DNA of 64,000 nucleotides from the NCBI GenBank assembly GCA_013239625.1, contig MU056776.1:1240001-1304000 (forward strand), in the 5' to 3' direction. The notes beneath the pieces were generated by a model, which did not search any database, was not told the DNA's origin, and saw nothing but the letters and a program-made list of their open reading frames with translations. Made by a program: the position numbers and the translations under genes. Below, in pieces: positions 1 through 14,346 of the stretch. Source of the DNA: Lama guanicoe (Eukaryota). The number at the start of each line of letters is the position of its first letter. Position 1 is the first letter of the stretch.

Positions 1-480
1 CATGTAGGTTAGATGCATCTCAATTACCTCATGAAAGAAACTGATAATATGTTATATCTGACAAAAACGTTTTCATTTCAATCAACCTAAGGCATGAACT
101 CTGCCTACATCTAGAACACACTCTGAGCAGCATTGTGCTTAAATATGAGGCAAATTTTCAAAAAGCAATCCACCCTCAGGCAAACACTGTATTTCTATTA
201 TGGTAGTAACCTATATTAAGGTGATACTGTGTATCATTATTTGGAATAATTTAATAAATAATTATCAAAATTTTCTCATATGGTAGAAATCATTTGTTTT
301 CCCCTAGCATGAACTCTGAAATTATTTTTATCCCTTATTCCTCCTCCAATAATCTTTATGAGATAGTAGTATCTTTTTATAATGATTAAATTGTTTCTGA
401 TGAAAGTAATCCTCCGTGACTGATACGACCAACTTTCTCTTATGAAATGTACCAGTTAAAATATCCTTTTGGTGAAGTGC

Positions 481-522
481 GTATGTGTTTGTGTGTGGGT
501 GTGTGTGTGTGTGTGTGTGTGT
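481..522. repeat. (GT)n microsatellite, imperfect 5' part
   Basis: gtatgtgtttgtgtgtgggtgtgtgtgt... seen directly. Confidence 0.95.
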
Positions 523-3500
523 CTCTCCGATATGGAACTGTAAGTCTGTAAGAACTAAACTCGAAAAAGTTGAAGTGATAAACTATTTTCCGAAGAAAAA
601 CTCCTCATGACACAATTTGCTGTTTTCAAGCAATTCTTTTGTCAAATAAATCTTATGGCTGTGCCTAGAACCCATAGATCATAAAAAGATTTAGTGACGG
701 CTTCATGCTTTCTGTTAGTTTTATCTTCTGTCTGATTACAAAGGTTTCACATGGTGGTACACTGCCATGTTTGAGTTCAGTGAATAAACGTGCAATGAAT
801 TCTTCCTGCCTCACTGTTCCTCCTCCACCTACTTTTGTCCAGCGATTGCTATATATAAACTTGCCTCCTGTGTGTCTGGGCTTGGGTCCCTTCTCTCCTA
901 TTCTTATATCAGTATTTTCTGCCGTTTAATTTATATGTCTACAGCCACCTTCCGTTTTGCAGCTGATAATCTCCTCCTCTACAGGTGCTAGTGGGCTGCT
1001 TGTTTCACTACGATCTCCCGTCAAAAGGGGATCCCCCAGGAGTATTACATGCTGTAGAATATGTAGTTCATTTTCTAGCAAAAGATGTTTTTAAACCCCC
1101 TCCTCCCACTTGGCAGTGATTCCTGATGTGCCCTAATTAATCTTCCTTTAATTATTTACAAGTGCTGTTTGTTACGGGCTTGATTTACTTGCTGTGCATT
1201 CTGCAATACTAAAAAATGTCACCCACGCTCTGCTCTGTTCCTTGTTAGAACGCTGTCTTTGAAGCCCAGTGCCGTTTTCATTTAGGTGATACATAAGGCT
1301 CATTAGACTGGACAGGTTAGTGGTCTCATATTTAATTCTGGCATATAAAAATAGAAATGACTGATGTTCAGAGGAGTAAGGTAGTAATAGGATAAATAAG
1401 ATGACATTCAAATAATAGTTATAAACTGGGAATGCACACCATGGTGCTTTAATCTACTTCAGTTTTAAATTGTCTTGGTGATTGTGGTCTACATATTAAA
1501 CTATTCTGTGTGTCAAGAGAATATTTTCCATTTGTTTGCATATTAGGTACTCTACCTAATGAATATTGATGATGGTCTGCTAATGCTGAATACACATTTT
1601 TTATATTTTTCCATAAGTTCAAAAATAGCTCTGGCAATGTACTATGTATATTAAATGATAAAGAAATTATGAGTTTTGTTGTATGGGTATTTTTAACCCA
1701 CATAACTACTCTGAGGTTCAAAAAGAAATAAGAATAGTGAAATGATAGGAGAGAGTGTTCATGTTTGATAAGCACTTGTGCATGACCTTGTCCAGTATTG
1801 CAACGTTTCACAGCGTTTCTTTTTTATCATTTCTTTGAAACAATATAAAGTCATATTTTGATAACAGATGGGGCAATGAAAACATATGACTAGAAACCAC
1901 AATGTCTACATGTTTCAAACTTTATTATGTCACAGTTCCTTTCACAGAGAAAGCTGGATATTTCCTACCCAAAAATGTAGTCATTATTTAACTGCACAAT
2001 TTCAATGTGGATAACAGTATCTTACATTTATATACTTATTTAATCACCCAAAGGTGTTTCTTTATCCACAGGTGGGATTATTATTTCTTTTTTAGGGGAG
2101 AAAGTGGAGATAGTGAAACATTAAGGTTTGTTGCTTATTTGGCTAATGATAAAAAAGTGAACATTAAGACTAAAATATTCTGAGTTCTCTAGACTTCATT
2201 TTTATTAGGCATCTATATGAGTTCCTCTGTGCTAGGTAGTTTTGCTGATGCAAATTATATTTGACAACAATATATTTTTTAATTCTCAATACTTCAAATA
2301 AAAATGATTATCTTCTTATGATAAAAGCAAAATGATTGATTTTTGTGTTCTCCCTCTTGTGTCATTTATATACAGTATACTAGTGTTGTTTTGTGAAATT
2401 CAATCCAGTGATAGAGTATGGACATCAATACCACTAGTAAAAATGCAGTGATTACAGAATGGAATAGTTAAAATAACTTTTTTTCATCCATCCCAGGGTG
2501 TGCATTTCAAGTGTTGGTCACTGTGCTATCAACAGCATTGTTTTGATTTGAAAATCTCTATGATACCCTCACATTTAAAATTAATCTGACTGATAAAAAT
2601 TTTTTTTTATTAATTGGGTTAAACAGGAAAAAAAATACCATTTATTTCTGCTTAAGTCCATTCTTAGTAGACAAAGAAAAATTTTAAGGAAAGAAATCTA
2701 GTCATAATTGGCCAAATTCTTTGGTAGACTAAAGAGTAATTTATTTGAAAGAATGCATCATTGTGTTTTTAAAAAATAGATTTAAAATCGGAAAACAATT
2801 TAAACCACAGCTTACAGTGGGCTTATGCAAGCGTCTCATATGCATAGCTTTTTTTTTTCTTATTTTATTTATTAACCTAAATGTCGGTCAGTATCTGGCA
2901 GATTTATTATGCACTGAAGAAACAAGTAGCGTTTTACTTTATTCAGGGATAATGTTGTTCAAGTACAGTGATCAGTGAGTATTTCTTTTGTTCATTGATC
3001 CATTGGTTCATGCAATCTTAACTCCGAGCCCTCTGGGATATGATCTGCTGCTGATGTTAAGTTTATTTTCAAATTACTTCTTTAAAAGCCTATTCTAGGT
3101 AGTTTCTAATTAGACACCCCCAGATGGTATGAATCAAGCAGCTGGAGCCCCAGCTGGGAGCAAGTGTGAAGGAAATGCTCATCCTTTTTTTTTTTTCTCT
3201 TTTCTTAGCTTTTTTTTTATTTTTCTCTCACAACTTTCAATATTCTCACAATTTTCACAGGCTTTTGAATACTGTAAATCATTGGATCATGTGCTCTGGA
3301 ATACTAATAAGATATCCTATTCTAGCAGGAAACACGCAGGGTCTATGGATGTCGGGAGCCATTTGGATTTCTGAATGATCCAGCTGAAAGTCATTTCATA
3401 GAAAATACGCCCATGAATTAAAATTAATACCAAGCACACGTTACACATTTAAAGCTCAAGATCTTTTGGAGCAAATCCGTTGTCCTCAGCTACCCATGAT

Positions 3501-4371
3501 CTTCCCAAATCTTTAAAAAATCTGTTTTACGCCATTGCGTTGTGGGATGTTATTCAATAATCCACCAGTCTGAGTCTATCTTAATTAATATATAGTTTAT
3601 TTGAGACATATTTTTCATAATAGAAAAAAGCTATTAAATACTAAACCCACAATTATCAATAACTTTATGTGTTCTTCTTACTGTTAATCTACACAGTATT
3701 TCATTAAACCCTAAGAACTGTATGTTGTACTTTTCACTACACTATATTTTTGGTCGACAAAGAACAAACTGAGGTGGGAAGAAGTTCCAGTAGCCAACAA
3801 CAAGGGAAGGAATAGACCTGGGACTCAATTATTCTAATAATGATGACCACCATTTATTCAGTGTGTACAGAGTCAGATAGTGTGGTAAATTATCAATAAA
3901 TAGGTTATATTCAGGTCAGCCTTATAATGGATCTTCCAAACTTGAATATTTTGATCTGGAACAAATGTCAACTAGATGAGGAGATAGGAAATGGCTGTAA
4001 TCCAGGATCTTCCCTGATAAACCAGGGTGTAGGATCATGGTAACTCCACATTGTACAAAAACTTTCAGATAAATGTAGTCACTCTATATTTTAAATTTGG
4101 GAAGATGAGGCATAAAAACTGTTTCTTGGCAAACATAACTGGCAAGCAGTATTGCCACCCATCCAGCATTGGAGTCAAACACTTCAATGTTGAACCATCC
4201 TTCCCACCCAGAATTATTAATCAGTCCTTTTCAGGGCCCCTTTTCTTGCACCAAACACAAGCATTCAGTGTCCCCACGATGCACCAAAGCCTATTCTTCT
4301 TTCCTACTGTCCACTCTTTAAATATTTGAGGTGCTATTTCAACTAAATCACAAATTTTTGCCTCTATTTCC

Positions 4372-4570
4372 TGTATCACTAGCTAACTGGTAGAGTTTGT
4401 TATGTTATTAACGAATACCAAAATCTCAGTGACTTGTACTGCGTTGCCCTGAGGAAAACTATGTGATATTTGAAGTGAATGATTCTGAGCAGCAATTCAG
4501 GACAGCATCTGGGGCTGTGGGATTTTCCAGACCATGTGAGGGCAGTGTCTATCATCAGCCATACTGGCTT
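4372..4570 (-). mobile_element. Degenerate MLT1 (ERVL-MaLR) LTR fragment
   Basis: taacgaataccaaaatctcagtgactt resembles the reverse-complemented MLT1 3' end. Confidence 0.4.
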
Positions 4571-5879
4571 ATGAGGACACATCCAGAAAACAAATCATAA
4601 TGACCCGGAATTGTTTCTCTGTCTCTCAAGTACACCTTATACATTTGAAAATTGAGAATTCATTCTTATTATGAAAGTGATACATGCTTGGACTGGAATA
4701 GTCTCTATCTGCCTCCACAAGAAAAATAATTAAGCTAAACCCTTCACTGCCCTAGATAAGCCTGGGGGTGGGGGGAAGGAAACAGTAGAGAAAAGGAGAG
4801 AATGACAGAAAGTAGGAATCAATGAAGGATATGATGAAAAGGGGGAAAAATTATAAAAGAAGAAAGAGAGGTAATGCCTTGGAATCCTTAGTGAACTGTA
4901 ATCAATCTCTCTGCCCCACCCTCTCACCAACTCCCCTACCTTAAGTTCTCAGTAACTTGCTATCTGCTTCCTGGCTAGTTGGAAAATAAGATATATGTTA
5001 TGAAAAGATAATTATCACTATGTATTATTTTTTACCAACCATAGATTATGCACCTAACTACCATGTCACTACATCTTGGACTGGAAAATGTTTTATTTCC
5101 ATGTATCTGAAAGGTCTTTGATGACTAGAAGAGAGAGAAAAAAAAAGTATTAGAGTCAATTTTTGCAAGCTTAAACCGCCTTCTGTTTTGTTTTCCAAAC
5201 AGAGAGAACCTTCTCCCATTTCATGACTGAGAGACAGCCACTTGGTTTCGTATGTTAGCTGTTGACTGGGCAGTGACGCTATCTCTGTGGTTTCCCACTT
5301 CTCCTTCATTCTCTAGGAGAGCTTTCATGATCATAAATCTCCTTCTGTGTCCCATCTATCCTGAAAAATCTGTGCAGGGAAAGCCAATTCTGACTTGTCT
5401 AGCATGATCTATACTGTAATTAATGGATGAGTGAAGAATCAAGAAGTAAAATCAAGAATGATTAAAGAACCCATAAAATGCATCTGCTTTGAGAGAAGGA
5501 ACATGAAAATTAGCGGAATGATTTATACAGCAAATGTTACAAATCACCCCAAATACAAGATGGAATGTAGATCTTGCCATTCTTTGGATTATTCCAAAGA
5601 CTAGTAAAGTGACATTGAAAAGATAAAATATTCGATGACATTAATCATTTTATTAGCAATGAGTGAAGAGTTTCAAAAGTAAATATGCAACTGAGAATTA
5701 GTTTACATGACATAGAAAAAGCTCTTGATAAATTAACAAGAAACATGAGCACACATTTTAAAGATGAAAGACACAAATGGCCAATAAACTCTAATCCCCA
5801 CATAGCACTGTATTGCCCCTCTCCCGCCTCTGTCTCCCAACCTTCTCCAATTCTTGACAAGTGTCCAGAGTGCTCTTTG

Positions 5880-7130
5880 GAGTATGCAGTCCATCATAAG
5901 CAACCTCCCACATCTCCTCAATCTCTTATTTCCTATTTCCTTCCCCTTCTTGCTCTAACCAACACTGAGGTTTCCCCTGAGAACATTTCTGCTCCAAAAA
6001 TTCTTGTCAAATGATGGCTGATTCCCCCAACCCCCCACCGCATTCTTTGTGCTGGGAACTCTGGAGGTGATAATGAGTGTTTAATTATCTTTGCTGTCAT
6101 TTCTGGATCATTCTTCTGTTCTCCCTAAAGCCTCTCAAAAACCACATAGCCCACTGTTAGTCTCTCTCCAGTACTACCCCTGGCATAATATTCTCAGTGA
6201 CTTCAGTATTCAGAGATGATAGATGATCATTCTAAATCTCCAGCCCCATTTTTTTGTTTCCTTGAACTAACTCCCTCTCGGACATACACCTACAAAGCTA
6301 CACAAAAACTACATATATACACACAATGGTTTTTGTCATGGAACTAGCCACTCACCTTTGTGGTCATAGTCAATTGTTTTTATCATCATCATTGTTATTT
6401 TCGGTAACTGTAGTTTTCATAGCCTCAATTTAAAGCATCTTAATTTCTGATCATAATCTTTCCCATTCTTTCCCCTCTAATAACTCAACATTTCCCTCTA
6501 AACCACCCCCCCTGGGAACTATTATTCATTAATTGTAATATATATTTTAATTTAATTTCTCCTATCCATAACCACATCCTTTCTTACTCATCCTAAATGT
6601 TCTGGTGGATTAATATTAGCAGTCCTTTGTGTACAACTTGGAGTTCTTTGCCCTGATTCTGGTTAAATCCACCTCTGTGTTTACTCCATACCTACAATAA
6701 TGGCAGTGTAATGTGGCCAGTGGAACTAAAATTCAGTCATGCTGACTTGCCTGCCATGACTTCGAACTCCAGGTGGTCCTCCCGTATACTGATTGGCTGT
6801 CCCACAAATTTCCCCTTGTCCCTTCAGTCTGCTGCTAGCCTAGAAACTCTTCTTTGTATGTTATTCTGTTTTCTCAAACCTCCAACAACTTCACCATGCT
6901 ATCTCTAAATTGATATCCAGTTCAGTCTTTATTGAGAAGATAAAAGCAGTCAGAAGAGGATGCCTTCCCATCGCTTCTACCACTGTCCCCACATCTGTGC
7001 ACCTACACTTGGCCTTCACTTTCACTATTCTGGGTGAAGGCCAAGCCCTCCACCAACACACTCATTTCCTTTCACTTTGCCTGTTCAATGACATCATTCA
7101 AATGAGTCCTGTCTTCCTTTCCCCTTTCCC
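5880..7130 (+). mobile_element. L2 LINE internal (ORF2-region) fragment, highly decayed
   Basis: L2-like segments attctcagtgacttcagtatt...gatgatcattc, ctggttaaatccacctctg...ctccatacctac, catgctgactt...gaactccaggtggtcc; pyrimidine-rich sense strand. Confidence 0.75.
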
Positions 7131-7706
7131 GTGGAACTAGGGATATCAAATCCTGTTTTAGAGCGTGAAGAGGGTTGCTTAATTGCTGGGATTAATAAAA
7201 TGCTTTTTGTTGTTAGTCCTGTCTTCAAAAGCTCCTTTGGCCCATTTTTCAAGCCATAAGGCTGTCACCTTCACAGGGATCAGTAACGTTAGTGGCTAGA
7301 ATGGTCTTGTCTAAAACATGTTGGAGTTGAAGGAAAATCACCCAGAGAGGGAGAGGCAGAGAGACAGTGCGGTTTGGCATTCTTTGGAAACTGAACTAAG
7401 ATTTTCATTTCATTCTGGTCAACAAGCCAAGGTTCCTTCGAAAAATGTCCATCAAATGCTAGGAGATACGGAAGTGTATCTTGTCTGTGCAAACCTCAAC
7501 TGCAGCATTGAAGCCACATCAACAATTACGGCACTGAGTTGCCTAAGGCAGCCCAAAGTAGGATAGTCTGATTCCCAGGGCATCCGACACCACCCCAAGG
7601 TCAGTCGGTAGTGTGGAAAACTCAATTTGCATTTCTCAGTTCTGGTCTGAGATTTTTGAGATTTCTGAGCAAAAATATGCACAACACATCAAAGCATCTG
7701 ACATAT

Positions 7707-7838
7707 NNNNNNNNNNNNNNNNNNNNNNNNNNNNNNNNNNNNNNNNNNNNNNNNNNNNNNNNNNNNNNNNNNNNNNNNNNNNNNNNNNNNNNNNNNNNNN
7801 NNNNNNNNNNNNNNNNNNNNNNNNNNNNNNNNNNNNNN
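7707..7838. other. Assembly gap (132 N)
   Basis: Run of N. Confidence 1.
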
Positions 7839-9106
7839 CCCCATAAGATGCCAGGAATCATTTCTTTTTTTTTTTCACCAAAAGCATATAACTGGAGTCA
7901 TAATTCACGTCCAAGAAAAAGGAATAGAAAGTTGGTATGATATTAAAGTCTACTGTCAAGTGTGCTGTGTGTGTTTCCTGGCCTGTTTTTGCTGCAGTCA
8001 CAGGGCACGCTCTGTGTATACACTTAGTCTTATTCATTAAACACTAAATATTGAGAAACAATTTCCTGTGATACAGAAAATTATCTATTATTGCATACAG
8101 GTGCTCAGATGGATGCTTATAGTTCTTGTATCTAAATTTAGCTGACAGGATGCAAAAATAGGCACAGAAATGGTAAATCAAGGAAAAACCAAATTGGTTC
8201 CAATGAATAAATATGTGGAACTATTTCTTATAATTGACAGTGTCACTTTGCGTGGCGACAGTTGCTTCTATTAAAATGTAACATATCGCTTTTAGATTTG
8301 ACCGTGGGTGGCGCATTGTCAAAAGAAAACTCCATGGGTTTTGATGGGAAAATACTCATAGATGAAATTCAAGAGTCACACTCAGAGGCATTTGTATCAA
8401 TAGCTGCGGCACAAGTCATATCATACCAGAGAGTTATTGTCAAGTATAATTAGAGACTTATCTCATTTTCTGTTTTTCACTTAGAAGATAAAGGATCTGT
8501 TGAGTCAAATGTTTCAGCAGTACAATGTTTTAGAGAAGATTTGAGAGGCAGTTTCCTTCAGAGCCACTCTTGCATGTATTCATGAATCTTTTTTCAATTG
8601 TCTCTTTTTTTTTCTCAAGGGAAAAAGTGTAAAATGCATTGTGATTTGCAGGAAGACAAGACTTGTGCTAAAGCCACGTGAATGTGGCCTCGGGAAACAT
8701 TCAGGATTTGATTCTCCAAACTTAGGGGGTGGTGGTCATGCTGTAACCTGGGTTTTTTTCTTTGCTTTTAAATTTTTCTCTCTTGGGTTTGTTTGTTGCT
8801 TGTGTTTTGTTTTCAGCTTCTCCATGCCAAGAAAAGGACAACCAGATTCTATATTAAGTTTAATACGTCATGTTCTTCAAGAAGATCTACACTGACATGC
8901 ACAACTGTCTGTAATGGTTCTCACTGTTTATCTCAGCCAGGAAAAAGCATTAGCTAAGTAGGACAATGTAAGAATTTCTAAATAATATAGTTATTTCTAG
9001 TATCAACTGAAAAACTCAGAGAAGGGACAACTTCAGTAAAATCTTTATAAAAAGTGGCTACATTTGAATAATTGCAGATAGTAAGTATTCCAAACAAAAT
9101 TTTTAT

Positions 9107-9800
9107 TGTTCCTGCAGAACTGGCCACTGTACCCTGAAAACCGGATTGAAACTCAGAGGCAGAATTTTGGGAAAATCAGAAAAGGACAGCTTTGTTGCTT
9201 TGCCAGGCAAAGGGGAGCCAAAGGAAGCTGATGCCTTAGACACCGTCTTGGGGTTGGAGTCTTGAGGTTTTATAGAAAAACTGGCTGCAACAGTAAAGGT
9301 GAGAGCAATCAGGGCATTTTACAGGGTGTTACATTCCTCTTACCCTCGATGAATTTCCTGGTTGTCATGGAGGAACTCCAGAGGGTCTGTCTATTCTTCT
9401 GAGATTATTGGCCCATTACCTCCTTCCTGGGGCACAGCCTCTGGGTTAAATCTATTCTCGGTGAAGAATGTCTGGGGAGGGGAGAGCACACCGGCAGGGA
9501 AGCCAGTTTGTCAGTTTGCCTCTCACTCATTCAGCATCAGCCTCAAACTTGTCACATTAAAGAAAGCTATGAAGTCCTGGCATTGTCCAACACTAACATG
9601 ACTTAAAGGAGCTATCTTCCATCTTTGAGAAGTCAGCCCTAAGCGATAGAATACAGGGGAAGGACAGCAGTGGGCCAAGTAAAACATTGAAAGTCGTTCC
9701 TACCATTGAAGGTTTGAGACGTAGTAGTAGAAACTAGAAAGTGTCGCAAGCAGCAACGGATAGCCAGCAACTGAACACGGCGTCCCATTTTCATTTCTGT
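9107..9800 (-). mobile_element. ERV1-class solo LTR (artiodactyl type), antisense
   Basis: gcagaattttgggaaaatcagaaaaggacagctttgttgctttgccaggcaaaggggagcc resembles the reverse strand of artiodactyl ERV1 LTRs; TG start at 9107; no clean TSD found. Confidence 0.7.
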
Positions 9801-10147
9801 TCACAGCCTTACTGTTTCTCCCCCAGTTCACGGGGGAAAAGCACCCGGTGATGGCAGTGATTTTAGTTTCCTATTTCAAAGTTTGAATGGGCAACACTGT
9901 TTGTGGAGTTCTTGCAGTCTGAGTGCTGACTGCTTTAAATGGGAAGAGTAAGTTAGCACAGAGAGGAAGGAGAGAGGGGCTAACCGTCCTCTGGGGATGC
10001 AGAGCTCTCTTTGCTTCATTCATATCTGAGTCTCTAATTCTGAGCCTGAACAAGAAGAGTTTTATTATTATTTGATTAGGATGGTCCTGCCTGGGTGCTT
10101 CCTGTCCTTTCCTTTTCTTTCTTCCACCCCACCCCCTTCTTTCTTTC

Positions 10148-10335
10148 TTTTATGGAAGAATCGTTGATTTACAATGTTTCAGGTGTACAGGAAAGTGATT
10201 CAGTTATACATATAAGTGTATTTATATAAACATATATTTTATACTCTTTTTCATTATAGGTTATTATAAGATATTGAATATAGTTCCCTCTGCTGCACAG
10301 TAAATCCTTGCTGTTTATCTATTTTGTATATAGTA
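10148..10335 (-). mobile_element. L1 3' end fragment (artiodactyl L1 type)
   Basis: ttgatttacaatgtttcaggtgtacag...gtgattcagttatacat...gatattgaatatagttccct...tgtttatctattttgtatatagt; same motif set as the L1 at 29381. Confidence 0.9.
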
Positions 10336-10704
10336 ACCCCAAAGCTCTTGACTTTCTCCACTATGAACACAGAACACATCCACTAGCTCACAACTGTTGG
10401 CAGCATACCTGCATTTCCCACCATCAGCCACAAGTCTTTAATTCTGTGGAAGAGAAGCTTTGATTCACCCATGTCAATGATGTTAAAAAAAAATACTGAT
10501 CTAAAATCCCACCTAAGACTGTGATAAGTAGTTTCATGGAAAATAAGAAACATTGTGTTGGCTAAAAAATATACCAAAATCCCCATGACTTCCAGGATCT
10601 GTCTTTGAAGCAGCGTCCCTAACTTATGGAAACAAAGTAATAATAAAATTGTCAAGTATTGAGAAGCAAAAGATTTATAGGTCTGGCTATTCTAGAGGGA
10701 TTGC

Positions 10705-10890
10705 TACGTATTCTGAACAGGATCATTAAAGAAACTAGAAATAGTCCAGTTAATAGAGGACATGGGGAGCGTCAGGAAATGTTGAAGCCGTCTCCAGGTA
10801 TTTGAAGAGCTGGAAGGAAGACTCTGACAGTTCAGTTCTGCTCTAGGAGACAAGCGAAGGCCTACTAGGAGGAAGCAGTTTCTAAGAGTA
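10705..10890 (+). mobile_element. L3/CR1 LINE 3' fragment
   Basis: gccgtctccaggtatttgaagagctg resembles the L3 segment gctgtcttcaaatatttgaagggctg. Confidence 0.5.
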
Positions 10891-12468
10891 AAGAGAGGCT
10901 GAGATGGGGTGAGATGGGGTTGTAAGGTGGGGCCATGTCTCAGTTCAGTGTAATTAATAACTAACACTGAGAAGGGTTTAATAAAAGTGAATTACATACT
11001 GGTGATGTGTCTACATACATGTATATTTTTATCTATATCTGTCAGCCTATGGAGAGAGACAGAAGCTTGTTCATGTGTTCATGCATATGCTATAGACTTT
11101 TCCTCAAAAATCGTAAGCAAAGTATTCTTGGCTTGGACAGAAATTTGAGATGCTGTTTGAATTAGACTTCTTGGAGTGTCTCTTCCAGTGCCCAGATTCT
11201 CTCACTTGCTAATCAGGACATAACTTAGCTGTAGCAGAGGGGAAGGGAGAATTTTGATATAGGCAATATGTTAGAGGATACTTAATTAATAGATTTGAAT
11301 TGGTAGAGAAGATATGCTATAAACGTGTTTTGATAGGAGGCCGTAAACAATATTTTCCATCCCTTTATGTTTTCTGGAAGTGGATTTAAGAGAAAAAGAA
11401 AGATGAAGGTAGAGTGGACAGGAAATAGTTTTTCAGCATTTGAAGACAGGATATAGAAAAAGCATTTATACACTTTTTCCCCCGCTCTGGTAAAGCAGTA
11501 TCTCTATCCACCTATTTAAAGCTGAATGAGTCTTGCAGGTGATGGCATTCAATCTGAAATACGTTGCCTGATATCACCCTATCTTCTCCCTTTACCTGAA
11601 AAGTTTCTGCACAAGAGAATTGAAACTTGGACATTATTAAGAACTCTCTATTATAAGAAAGTTTAGAGATAAGTCCATTCATCTGTATTTTAATAGTCTT
11701 CTTGGTGAGCAAATATAGATTTGATGGCCCATAATTTAGCACTTTGGAAAAGAAATTGTACTCTGAGAGGCAAGGTTCACCTTTAGAAAATATTCTGAAC
11801 AAGATTTCTCATTTTTCCTGTTCCATTTTCCTCTTCCAGTTTAGAAGCAGTTTGAGACTTTGCCAATGAGTTCGATAGTCTGAGGAAAGGCAGATAAATG
11901 AGCATTTTAAAATTAGCAAATAGCAAGAAAATGGAAAGCCGGCAGTTTTGACACTGGGAAAATCTTTGGTCTTCCTTGTCTCTCCTTGATGGCCCCAAAG
12001 TTTCTGAGATTGGATTTTGTTCATTTCGAAGTCACCCAAATGCACAAATAACAGGGCTTCAGTGAGAGAAAAAGGAAGTGTCATCCTGGAGGTATGAGAG
12101 AGCAGAAAGGATTGTCTTTTTTTTTTTCTTTTTTTTTCAATCAGGTGACTGGACTGACCACAGCAAACTCTGCTGTGCCTCACAGAGGCTGCTTAAACTA
12201 ATTCAAAAAGGAGCATCACAGATGAGATGGTGATGTATGGTCTCTAAGACTTGCTTCTGGCCCCATACAGTTTGGGTTGGAAAGAACAGAGTCCCTCAGT
12301 AGCAAATAAAGGAAGACAGAGAAGAAAATTGCTTTAAGGGCACTAAGTTAACTTCAAAAAGAGCATATCCACCTTCCTGTAGGAATAAAGTAAACAGATT
12401 AGTTTCAGAACCAGATGGAAGAGATACAGGATCGTCCTGGCTAAACTTACCTTGACATTATGACAGTG

Positions 12469-12947
12469 CAGGTGCGCCCCAACGTACAACGTTTCACCTT
12501 ACAGGGTTTTTTGTTGTTGTTGTTTGTTTGTTTTTACTTTCTGATGTAGCAAAAGTGATGCTCATTCAGTAGAAACTGCCCTTTGAAGTTTGAGTTTTGA
12601 TCTTTTCCTGGGCTGAACACAGGTAGTAAGATACTTTGTCTTGATGGCTGGACAGGGGCGGTTCCCAGTCAGCCCTGCGATCATGAGGTCACCAACCATA
12701 CACCTACTCCAACCATACCCAGTCATTCTGCTTTTCACTTTCAGTACAGTTCAACCATTTATATGAGATATTCAGCACTGTCTTTTTAAAACAGGCTTTG
12801 TGCTAGGTGATTTTGCCCAACTGCAGGCTGATGTAAGTTCTCCAAGCACGTTTAAGGTAGGCGAGGCTAGGCTATGATGTTCGACAGGTTTGGTATGTTA
12901 AATGGAGTTTTGAGGACATAACCTCATTGTGAGTTGAGGAAGATCTG
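12469..12947 (-). mobile_element. MER47/Tigger5-derived non-autonomous DNA transposon (TcMar-Tigger)
   Basis: gattttgcccaactgcaggctgatgtaag...cacgtttaaggtaggcgaggctaggctatgatgttcg; terminal gttgaggaagatctg followed by TA; degenerate left TIR caggtgcgccccaacgtac. Confidence 0.85.
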
Positions 12948-13429
12948 TATATGAATGATGCTCATCTTATATAAATTTATCTTTTTTTATGATTTTAGGA
13001 TTTCTAAGAGAATTTGGGGTAGGAGCACTCAAAGCTATGTAATTCCGTACTTCCAAAACGTGGAGTATTGTGCCTTGTACCTCCTCACATTTCTTTTCTT
13101 ATTCCTCACATTTCCCAAGAATAAAAAGTCCTCAACAATTCTGTTGATCAGCCTTATGTCCCTCAAGGACAGACATAGAAGAGAGATGACAATTCCAGTG
13201 CATTAGAGGAAAAGGTTTTTCTATATGTAACTGCATCCTAAAATGCGAGCAGCAGATGCGGAATTAGGGGAAATCTGTAATTTGCAAGCATCTGCTGCAG
13301 CGGAGGTTTTCCTTTGCTGAAGCAAATTGGACTACCTCAACGTTCATGATCCCCTTTCTTTGTCTCACTACTCTTCTTGTTTTATCCAGCTCCTTTCCTA
13401 TGTGCCTTTGGATTGTTGGAGGCTCACAG

Positions 13430-13475
13430 GAATGAAATAAACTTCCAAGAGTGAATGAAATAAACTTCCAGGAGT
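13430..13475. repeat. 23-bp tandem duplication (2 copies, 1 mismatch)
   Basis: gaatgaaataaacttccaagagt / gaatgaaataaacttccaggagt. Confidence 0.95.
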
Positions 13476-13809
13476 GAATACACTCCAAATACAACTCCAA
13501 ACTTGTGTCTATATCATCTTAAAATGCCACACTGTTTCTCTGGGTGGCTTCTTGTGCCAAGTCACAAAAAGGCTACCTCGACTTGGAGGACTGTTGATAC
13601 ATAGTTCCAGAGTTTCTAAAAGTAACACATGTTCTTCCCAAACTTCAAAAATCTTCTGATGGAACTAAAATATCCGACTTCAGAGGCAAGCTGCTCCTTT
13701 TCAATCCAAATCTTTCTATTCGTTGTTAATTAATGAGCATCTACATTCCACCAAAGCTGGGCCATTTGTCTGATTTTGCATTATTCATTTTACTCAAAAC
13801 AACATTTGG

Positions 13810-13870
13810 ACCAATGTTGGTCTCAGTAAATATTTGTTGAATGAATGGACGAAGGAGTGAATGAATGAAT
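13810..13870 (+). mobile_element. L2 3' tail
   Basis: ctcagtaaatatttgttgaatgaatg...gaatgaatgaat. Confidence 0.7.
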
Positions 13871-14346
13871 CTCTTATACGACATTCCAAACTTTTTTACA
13901 ATCAATGTATGATATATATAATCTACAAATATATGTTTTAAATAATATATCATGATATTACTAAAAGGGAAATGAAAATTAGCAAAATGAATAAACAATG
14001 CTCAGTATTTTCTCATTTACTTCTTACAAAATGGGTATGAAGATATTGGTCCTAATATTATCAATATGTGATCTATATAGAAATCTTTCTTTTCTTAAAT
14101 ATTTGAAGGGAAGTCACTCAGATGCCCTAATTATTAAAACACTAACTGACAATGAGAATGTTAGTCAATGCTCAATCCTCATGTGACTGGGTTATAATAA
14201 TATTCAAATAGTAAATATAATATTAAGTAAATTTTTTATGCATCCAAATGATTCCTTACAGATAGTGTTGACTTTTAGATTTAATACATGAATTTGTCAG
14301 TCTGTTTCTCCGTGAAGGCCATCTACAGTAGCTTTTGCGAAGAGTG

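Noticed and set aside
7611-7940. ORFs spanning the N gap; gap might hide a young SINE (132 bp, right flank cccc)
   Set aside because: The ORFs are artefacts of Ns; no matching TSD on the two flanks, so the hidden-SINE idea is unsupported.
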